Below, one piece after another: positions 28,631 to 38,800 of a stretch of DNA of 64,000 nt (its first letter is position 1; the number at the start of each line of letters is the position of its first letter). The stretch is from Styela clava. Its lineage: Eukaryota. The position numbers and the translations under genes were made by a program. The stretch covers positions 7,750,001-7,814,000 of the forward strand of contig NC_135253.1 of NCBI RefSeq assembly GCF_964204865.1, in the 5' to 3' direction. A model generated the notes under the pieces. It saw nothing but the letters and a program-made list of their open reading frames with translations, was not told the origin of the DNA and did no database searches.

Positions 28631-28851
28631 CTGCACAAAAGTAACACACACGACTTACTTAGTGGTTACAAAATATAGCGTAACACTACGGGACAGCAAG
28701 TATATCATGCATTTATTTTTAGTGTGTTGTGAGTTGTCGCGATGGTACAGCAGGAGCCCATATTATTTTCTGGTGCAGTAACTGATGGGACGCTCTATGT
28801 GCCACTAAAGTTACTCAATGCAATACTGTAGATCAGGGGTCGGCAACCTAA

Positions 28852-31783
28852 TAGGCCGCGAGCCGAGGCCCTGAAAAACGCCTAGAAAGTGAGTTTCGTA
28901 GCGCACATCAGGTAACTACCTGAAAATGATTTTAAAATGTTCCTAAAAAATTTAGTAACAAATATTGCCTTGTTCCCACTTCCAAAAGTTGCACGTTTTA
29001 CGGAAAAGACGCTTTTACTACAAGAAATATGTGCTACGATCTGTCCTATATTCTCTACATTTTCGGCAAGGAACAATGACTTCAGCATGACGTAACAATT
29101 GAATTAAACCAGCTGTTAGCGAGCGGATGAATATTAGTTATTACTGCTTGACCTTGCGCTGAGTCGGGCAGGCTTTCCATAGCCCTGTTTAGTTATTATT
29201 AGTTAAGTTATGCTAAGACGTTGTTGAAAAATGTATAAGTAAGTTATTAAACACTTGTAGATCCTTACCACGGATATGGGCCGTGAGACGAAGCCATGAA
29301 AACGCCCAGAAAATGAGTTTCGTAGCGCACATCTGGTAACTAAATAAATTCTTCAGTTTTGTGTGAAAACGAACATAATGAACGCATTACAGCTTGTTCC
29401 ACAATCCTAGTGCTGAATATAAGAGGTTCCCGGAAATTCAATAACCATAAGTTTACAACACATACATGAGAACTATGCAATTCGAGAGCCCTACAGCACA
29501 CTAACACAAATGTATTCCTGTGATGTTTTGCCTGACCAAAATCGGACTTCCTCGGTCAATCATAATTTATTACGTAGATTACGAAAAATATGGCATACAT
29601 GTAACCAACAACAAAAAATACTTTAATTGTGTGACAGGAATCGGGAGTGACCTCGAAAGCAGCGACACCAACAACGCTGATTCACATAAATAAATTTTAT
29701 GTAATAACCACAAGCAGTCTACAACATGAACAGCATAAAAAGCTACATCCATTTTATAGAAGCTATCAAACGTATTTATTTTTAAGCAATGAAGTCACAA
29801 ATTAACATCGTGAGCACGAAAACACAAATAAATCAGGTATTTCTCACTTAGAAATTTACCGCAAAAGTCAAGAAAATTAACATAGTGAACAGAAATATTA
29901 CAATTTACAATTAATCTTTTTTTAGTTTATGTGGTTATGTATTTGAACAAAGGCAATAATACTTCTAGAAACAGGACTACGACACTAACAAATGTCCGAA
30001 AAACAAAACAAATAAATGATACATATTAAATCAACAGTAATATCTAATTCACTTTCTTCTGAATTGTTTTCGAAATCCACTATCTCAAAAATCGACTTTT
30101 CCTCTAAAGTGTACTGTGATTTTTGCAGTCAATACAAAAACAAAAATCTGTGCAATTTAAGATGATTTTGGCACACTTTCATAAATTATTTTGACTATTT
30201 TTCTTACACTTGCAGTTTGCCAACTCAAGAACTGATTTGAGGGCCACATGCTTCTTCAGTGAATCATTGTTGGGTGGAGAGTATAATCCTTATGTTTGAC
30301 AGTGTTAAATAGACGTGCCCTGGTATCATTTACATTCTTCATATCCTCTTTAAATTCCTCAGCTTTATTTATTAATGCCTCGTTAACTTCAAAAGATCTT
30401 CATAGTCGAGGGAAAAAAATGAATTGAAAATCTCAATGAAGTCTCCAACATGAATTTGATGGGCAGTTCCAATTGCAGAAAAGTGCTAAAGTATTTCAAT
30501 ATGAATAGCCCATCTAAGCTGTTTGCAACTATTATGATTCCCATATACCTTTAAGCTTCAAGACTTCTTGTTTAATCCATTTTATAGCACTGATAGCAGC
30601 AGGGATCAGAGCCTGCGTTAGGTCGGATTGGTGGAACATTGCCGTTTTCTTTTGTAGTACAGTATCTAAAATGAGGAAGAAAATAATATTTGGAGCAGCA
30701 TGAGTTTAAAAATACCCCTAAATACTAACTAATACCTTGAATACATAATCATAATGCATTTTATCTGATGTACTAAATGAGCGTATATATGCTCATTGCA
30801 TGTACTACAGTCCAGCAGTGTTTGCATACCATTACCGGTACCGTACTACACTATATCTACACTAAATTTTGATATATCACAGTCTGAAATGTCCTATGAC
30901 AGTATGAGTATGAACTATAGACTATATTTTAAAACATCAACTGTTTGTCTACAACTTGATTTCTCACCTCTCAATCGTTTCCAATGCTACCTTTCTTTCC
31001 ACTCCGGCATAACTTATCATTGCTTCCCAGGTTCTTGTCGACTCTATGAATTTAGATTTAGACCAACCGACATTAGTAAAATTGATTTTCTTCTTTTTCA
31101 CACAACCGTGCATTACAGAAATAGATAGCCATTCATTTCTATTTCCAAATATGCTGTGGCCTGTATATAGTAGTATAAGTCTGCTGAATAGTCAAGAAGA
31201 GTCATTAAATTAATCATAAACATTTCATGCAAGCCAGAAAATATCGTTGTTTGAGACATATTATTCTAGGTCTAGCCTTCCTTGGAGTTACCGCACCGCA
31301 CCTATTTAACAACGTCTTATGAGCTAGTGCTCAACTAAAATTGCTATTTATGGTAAGGATATGCAAGTGTTTGATATCTTACCTATACTTTTCAACACCT
31401 CCTTAGAATAACTGAACTAATATTACCGGTGACTGAAAAAAACTATGGAAAGGCTACTCAACGTAAAAGCGAGCAGTTGTAGTACATCTGATATTCATCC
31501 GACCACTGGGGATCCACCTACAGCTGACTAACTTGACTGTTACGTCTTGCAGAAGTCTGCGTTCATTGGCCCATGATACCGGAAAAGCAGGGAAAATAGG
31601 ACAGATGGTAACACATATTTATTGTAGTAAAAGCGTCTTTTCTGTAAAACGTGCAACTTTTGGAAGTGGGAACAAGGCAATATTTGTTACTAAATTTCTA
31701 AAGAACATTTTAAAATCATTTTCAGGTAGTTACCTGATGTGCGCTACGAAACTGAAAGATAAATGGCCTCGGCTCGCGGCCTA
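28852..31783 (-). mobile_element. Academ (AcademX-type) DNA transposon, internally deleted and decayed
   Basis: Termini TAGGCCGCGAGCCGAGGCC...GGCCTCGGCTCGCGGCCTA; TAA duplicated at 28849-51 and 31784-86; inverted repeats about 28852-29270 and 31350-31783; minus-strand remnants VNDTRARLF, PPNNDSLKKHV and LELANCKCKK..KCAK..LNCTDFCFCIDCKN. Confidence 0.8.
30110..31150 (-). pseudogene. Decayed Academ protein C-terminus (XPG-like region and Cys-rich finger)
   Basis: Three exon-like blocks (about 31150-30968, 30666-30549, 30400-30110) with stops and frameshifts; Cys cluster at about 30125-30216. Confidence 0.65.
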
Positions 31784-32345
31784 TAAGGCCCGCGGCCAGA
31801 TCTTCTTGAAGGAAAACTCTATCCTAATTCGACAAACCATGCGAATAAATTCCCATCGATGTTTGGAAATACATGTTCATGCGAACAATTATTGGACACG
31901 TCAGTGGACATAACGATCGTTTTGTGTTGTTGTTGTTGTTCTTCATCATGTCATTCTTCTTCCTATCGATATTGAAAACCCGTTTTTATCTTTGATTACA
32001 CGACCAATTTCTTCGAAATTTCCAGTGCTTAAAGAATAAATGGTTCAGTTTGAGGCAGCTAAAAAGTCAGTCGCCATGAGTTTGGCCATAGCGGCCATGG
32101 TTTGGAAATACCTCCATGGTTTTGCGGCAGCTTCAGGCGCCACGAAATACTTAACTGTCCTTGGGATCTTGGGTTCTTTACCTGACTGTGTCGACTGTTT
32201 GAGAAATTCTGTAGACTAGGATGAGTTATGGTTGGGGTCTTGCAATACCACCTGGATGCAGATGGCCTCGATTTCCAGATTGTCACGACAGAGTGTGAGA
32301 TTTGTCTGTTTCAAGAGTTGTTAAATTGTGTTGAGTTCCCGAGTT

Positions 32346-32687
32346 TAGATAGGATAGGATTTACATATTTACCCCGGGGGAGAGGAAAGCCGATAAGACG
32401 GCTTATCCATATGGCGAACCACGGCCTCTCGTCCGGTTATCATTCCAAGTCGGGTATGGGATTAGTTTTACTGTATTATTTGTTTTCTGAAGCATGGACT
32501 TGGTGGTGGAGGAAGCCGTAACCGACCAGCGGTTACGTGAACCACCCAAGGACGGCGAGGAGTCCAGCAATCCTCTCGCACATAACCATCCATGCATGGG
32601 ATTCGAACCTGCGAACCCACGCAGAGTAATTAGAGGTGCGGTGGCGAGCGTATTCCAAACGCTTAGCCCGTTGAGCCACACCGCCGC
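32346..32687 (-). mobile_element. Full-length tRNA-derived SINE
   Basis: Minus strand: A-box TGGCTCAACGG, B-box GGTTCGAATCC, body, tail TAAATATGTAAATCCTATCCTAT; several homologous copies in the window. Confidence 0.85.
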
Positions 32688-32844
32688 GCATTTGACAGTT
32701 TCAAAAAACGTTGCCTTTTGTCACCGTACCTCAGTTGTTCTCATTTTAAATCTGTATTTCAGGATTCTTGGCCATATGCTAGTCTAATAACTAACCTTAG
32801 ATTTTGTGTTTAATGAGTTGTAGAAAACTTATTCTTTTGTTGTG

Positions 32845-35800
32845 ATGGCGGCGAATTTAGTGCGATTGTCAAGATGTTCCAATCACTTAAAGTGTGTCGG
32901 AAGTGGTCGACTTCTGAGGATTGAAGGTGCCTCAAGAGTGAGTACTGAAGTATGAAATATGTTTTCTATACTTTTGTATACCTTCAGACCTTGTTATTTA
33001 ACCTTGTTTTTTATGCTATATGTCTGTATGTGCTATTCACAGGCTCTGAGACTGCTGGACTGACAAATCTATCACCACTGCACCACTATTATATGAATTT
33101 ATTTATTGATTTTTACAGACAACAAATCTTCACATGTCAACGAAGCATTTGGCAAGAGACAATCAACAACAGTCAGTATTTACTATAATTCATAATTATT
33201 GTGTGTTTATGATTTATCTTGCCTCATTTATTGTGCTACCTGAAATATGTCTTGGACATTGTACCTGATTTTATTTTCAATAGTCCATAATCAGGAATAT
33301 AAAATGTATTCCTTTAAAAAAATTCTACCTAACATACGAAAAAAGAAAAATTATTTCTAGGTTCCTAATGCCAAGTAATTTGTACTGACAAAAACTAGTT
33401 TTTTTTGTGAAGTTTCGTATTGCTCTTGTAACTATCAAAACTAGGAAATTGATTTTCTATTGAAAATTTTACCTACTTTTAAATTTTGATTTCAGATCAC
33501 AATTGTTGCAAAAATGGAGTAGGACTGATAAAACATATTTCTGGAGATTCATACAAACAAGTTCAACTTCATGTATGTTCACTTACAAAGTTGTCAATCA
33601 TTACTTTGTTAAATGTCACTACTAATATATAATATGTACTTTTATAACTTTCAGTAGAAGGCTTAAAAATTTATATTTTTCAGTGGAAGCTGTCACAGTA
33701 AACTGTCCTGCATTTGCTGAATCTATTTCAGAAGGTGACATTCGTTGGGAAAAAGGTATATTTTCTACATTTCTATAGAGTATTATTTAGGGCATAGGTT
33801 CTCAAAGTGCTCCGTACGGAGCCCCAGGGCTCCGCGAGCGAAACCCAGGGGCTCCGCGAGCTATTCGATTACTTTTCAAAATAATGACTAGTTTTGTAAC
33901 TGTTCAAAGAAGCAATAACAGCTTTGATAAAATTTGACAACAATATAGCCTCGAAATATGGAAAAGAGGCGGAATTAAAAAATAACATTATTTAAAAGCT
34001 GGAACGCAGCCAGGATTCTCAAGCGGTGGGGATTTGAATCGGAAATTTCCGCGCAACATTCTTAGCGATTATAAAAAAACGGATAACGAGATTTCTTTTG
34101 CGTAAAATATTCAATGTATGGCCGATGCGAGCATTTAAAGTGTCTTGTCGTAATAATTCAATTGTACTCATAGTTACTCAAGTTTCATTCGAGATTACTA
34201 TTAGGATTACTAAAATGAAAGAATACTATTCTAAAATCCATAAAATACGTGATAAACTGCCAAGTATAAATAAATTAAGGGAACTTGGATATTGTGTATT
34301 GAACTGCAGGTCCTTTCTCCTTGTTTACTTTCTACTTCGGATCCGTATGTGGTACTCACCACAAAGATGCTTGAACGAGATAGTATTAAAGTGATAAGTA
34401 AAAATAACATGATCTATTTCAACGAAATAGTAAGTATATTTGTGAGCTTTCGTTAGATCATGGTCTAACTTCTTCAAACAATACAAGATATAACTGTAAA
34501 TATAAAGATCACATGAATTTAATTTATTTTAAAATTAAGTTTTCTATAACTGATTTAGATGCTATGGTAATTTAATAATAAGGATATGGATTAAATTACC
34601 ATAGCATCTAAATCAGTTATAGAAAACTTAATTTCAAAATAAATTGAATTCTTGTGATCTTTATATTTACAGTTATATCTTGTATTGTTTGAAGAAGTTA
34701 GACCATAATCTAACGAAAGCTCACAAATATACTTACTATTTCGTTGAAAGAGATCATGTTATTTTTACTTATAAATAAATTGGAGTCGTATTTTTGCGAT
34801 CTTGGAATTTGTCAAACTTGATTTGTTCTGCTGCACTCGAGATTATTATTAAGCAAGATATCGCCGTTTGAAAAATCACAAGATCTGAGCAAAATACGAT
34901 TGAAATTTATTTTAATGCATGCGGCTCCGTCGGTGGGTTCAGAATAAAAAAAAAGTTAAGTCGCGCACACAATTGACTGACTGTGTTTCGATTTCGCAGT
35001 TACTATACAATGAATAACCAAAGAAAACCTAACATTACACCAAATTTTGAGATTTACAATGCCTATAAAAGCGTTTTTAATCTGACGTGAGTCTGCTAAA
35101 ACCAAACTTATAGCGTGATCTTTTATTTTAAGTTTTAATATTTTAGAATGCCGTTTTTCAATCACGAAATTTGAGTTGCGATTTACCCCTTATTATTAAT
35201 TATTATTTTTAGCATTTCGTCCCCGATGACTATATGGTAACATGTTTTTCACATTGAACTCATAATTCCCCACGAGAACAAAAAAGCAATTATCGTCGTC
35301 ATTGTGAAACAATACATGTATATGCCGAAGAAAATTTTTGATTTAGGGAGAATGAACACTGGCGTAAAGATGTTTAAAAACATGCCATGCTGACGAAAAC
35401 TATCAGTGATTGTAACAAAATGCAATCGCACACGTTATTAGCGGCCTTTTAAGTCTTCCGAAAATGTCAAAAGGGAAAGGATTCGACCCCTAGTTTATTA
35501 ATATGTTTGTCAAGTGTCAAATTTACAGCTTTTGTAAGAGTATATATAATTTATCTTTGAAATTTTGATTTATTTATGACTTGCATTAACCCCATTAAAA
35601 AAAGGTTTAGCATTTAAATTAAGTTAAGTACTTTTAACTTATTCAGGTATATTTATCGGAAAGCTACAATTTTAACATTTCTTTTGGGGCTCCGAGAATA
35701 ATAGTCAATCTTTTCAGGGGCTCCGCAACACCAAAAGTTTGAGAACCCCTGATTTAGGGGATGTTAGACCATTTAAATTATAAATTTTATGTATTTGTGT

Positions 35801-38800
35801 GTGTGTGTAATCATGCATAGTAGCATTCATGCAAATATTTAAGACAATAAGCATTTTAAATTGTTATTGAATCTACAAGGTAGTGTATATATTTTAATTA
35901 CAATCGAATTTTGTGCAGTTTTGACTCTTGGGAACTTGCATTCTTCTTACTTTAGCCGCGAGTCACTTTTGGCTTTTTATGTCATTATAGGATTTTATTG
36001 TCTTCTTACTTCTGTCGTCCTAAAATAACAAATATGGATTTATTAGTATATTCTTCTCCACCACTCCAACATGCGTTCGTACTTTTGTAACATAATGATA
36101 GTAGTACAGGGGTGGCCAACCCAAGGCTCGCGGGCCACATGTGGCTCTTGCTCTGGTTTCATGCAGCTCTTTTCGCCTTGGTTATTTAAAGAAAAATATA
36201 ACTTGCAAACTACGATTCATCATGTTTCAATTAAACATATTAGGATTCATAGTGCATTCTTCTTTTACGTCGAAGATACGTGAACGCGTTCATTCACTTC
36301 ACATCGTATCCAAAATGGATTTTGGCGGCAAACACGCATTTGAATGAAGTTATTGAAGTGCAGATAAAACATTACAGACTACAGCGTCAATGACTCATTT
36401 AATTGGATTGTTTGAAATTTCCTCTAGTAAATTGAGTTGAAGATGATCTATCTTTATGAGGAAGACCAACTGAAATGCGCTTTAATTAAGGGATGTGACC
36501 ATTCAGTTATGGAAAAGCATGCCAATGGAAAAATACCCCACGCTGATAATGTGGCTCTTCGCTGTTATAAAGTACGAAATGCGGCTCTTGGTCTCTGACT
36601 GGTTGGCCACCCCTGGTCTAGTATGTTGAAATTATCACTTTGATTCAAATTGCTCAAATCTGCAAACATTGAAAAGCATGGTATTTTTTTGTATCCTTTT
36701 AGGATGGGCTGTGAACATTTGATCGTTCTGGGGCGTGGACAATAGTATAATAATGAAAACAAATATCGTGTTTTTTTGTAAAATAAATTACAGTATACCC
36801 GCCCTATACTTACTAAATTTTCACTGATTGCCACAAAATTTGATATCACATGAAATTGCTCTGTTCATTATCTATTTATTAAAATATATTTCCTCTTTGG
36901 AATTGGTAAAACTTTGCAAACACATTGCCTCAGGTATAAAACATTTTGTGCAAGTAACACCTCTTCCTCCAGTTAAAATTTAGGTATTTTCATTGTATTC
37001 TAACTTCTTCTCATATGTTTAAAGCTGAGGGTGAAGCAGTTGAAGAAGATGAAACTGTGGCTGAAATAGAAACTGATAAGGTATGTCATTTCTGTTTAGT
37101 TTGACCAGATTACTGCATCAAAGTGAAAAAGTAACCAAAATATAATTTCAATGTCAATTGGAAATGTTGATCAAATAAAAAACAAACTACCAGAATCTTC
37201 ATGGTAATTATATCTTCAAATGTCTTGGTTTACTCTTAATAATAAATTTGTTAAGATATAAAAATTAATTGTTTGGATGAATTTTACAGGCGCTTATTGC
37301 ACTTCTCAACTTGAATATGGGTACTTGTATCCAATATTGTAAATTGATCAGGTGATTCACAGTTTAAAAAATGTTTTTTTTTAATAAATACAGACTTCAA
37401 TTCCAATAGCCGCACCATCAAAAGGTGTTGTTGAAAAACTGCTTGTTGAAGATGGTTCAACTGTTACCCCAGGAACACCTCTGTTTACAATAAACTCGGG
37501 TATATATATGCAATCGTATTCCTGATATGTAGCATTCTTCATTTGTTGAGTTTTGTTATACTCCTTTTAGTAATTTCTTCATACTTTATTAATTTGGAAA
37601 AAATGATTTTATTTTTTTCTACCCAGTAAAGTTTTTCGAAAAAGCAGTGAGTCAATATTGTATTGAACCATCTGAAATGGCTCAGGAATTTTGAATCTAT
37701 TGAAATTGACTTGTTCATGTTTCCCAGAAATACTTAATAGGCTGTATCAATTAAATCAGGGGTGTGCAAACTGCGGCCTAGCAAGCTAGCAAAATCTGTG
37801 GCAAAATACACGATTTATATTACAAAAACGTGTTTCTCACTGCATTCGTTTGAAGTCGGCGTGACAAAAGATTGAAATAGCAGATTCTACAGAAGTTTAT
37901 ATGCGTTTTAAATCCACTATTTCTGCAAGAACCCCTAATAATGCCGTAAGATCAATAGCAAATATAGGCAATTTTTGTGCCTAAATTAAATAAAGGTGCG
38001 GCCCGCGGCATCACCCAGTTACTTGTATTTGGCCCTCCAATAAAAAAGGTTGCACACCCCTGACTTAAATTAAATCGAACTGTAACATTCTATATTGTAG
38101 ACGGTGCGGCAGCAGCAACTCCCAAATCTGAGCCAGCGGATGTTCCTGCTCCTCCAACACCCACCCCTGATACTCCCGCTTCATCTCCCCCTAAAGAGAT
38201 TCCTTCAACTTTACCTCCTGCTCCTCCTGTACCTACCCAACCATTGTCAACCATTCCTGTTGCTAGTGTTCCAGTCACACCTGTCAAAACTTCAACGCCA
38301 TCTGTTTCAACAGAGCAAGTTACTGGAGCTAGAACAGAAAATAGGGTTTGTTGAGAAATCTTTCTAAATTACTTTAACTGATTTAATAATGTTTGCTGAC
38401 CAGTGAAGTAAAATAAAACGGGTCATTTCAATACTGAATACTGATTGTTCCTCCAGGCCAGTAGTTTTCAACCGGGGTTCTGCGAATACCATCCAGGGGT
38501 TCTGCAACTTCCCAATTAAATCCAGAGTCCAATAATTATGTGTCCATATTAATAGGTTTGCCACTGTTATTGAATTTGCGATACTTGACAGCATTAGGTT
38601 TGCTTTTATATATATTTATAGTTGAAAAGACAATTTCAGACAATAGAAGACATTTAAACTATTGCACAAGGGTTTCTCGAACCTCTGGAATGTTTCATTG
38701 GGGTTTCCGCTCTGCCAAAAAGTTTGAAAACAACTCTTTCAGACTTAATCAACAAAAGAATCTTAGCAGCTTAGTGTTATGCTATTTCGCTAGATCTTGT

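Larger units (their letters stand above)
28834..31797. mobile_element. hAT-type MITE end split by the Academ insertion
   Basis: Removing the insert and one TAA restores CAGGGGTCGGCAACC-TAA-GGCCCGCGGCC, similar to the intact end at 27789 (CAGGGGTCGGCAACCTACGGCCC). Confidence 0.7.

Noticed and set aside
31533-31913. 126-aa ORF similar to ORF 28882-29088, as a gene pair
   Set aside because: Both derive from the inverted repeats of the Academ element.
32590-32687. tRNA gene
   Set aside because: A and B boxes are present but there is no clean cloverleaf; the sequence continues into a repeated SINE body and tail.
33042-33100. Additional DLST exon after TTCACAG
   Set aside because: In-frame stop in phase 0 and no good donor; exon 1 splices in frame to 33119.
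38090-38367. Gly-rich minus ORF and Leu/Gln-rich plus ORF
   Set aside because: Alternative readings of the Pro/Ala-rich DLST linker exon.
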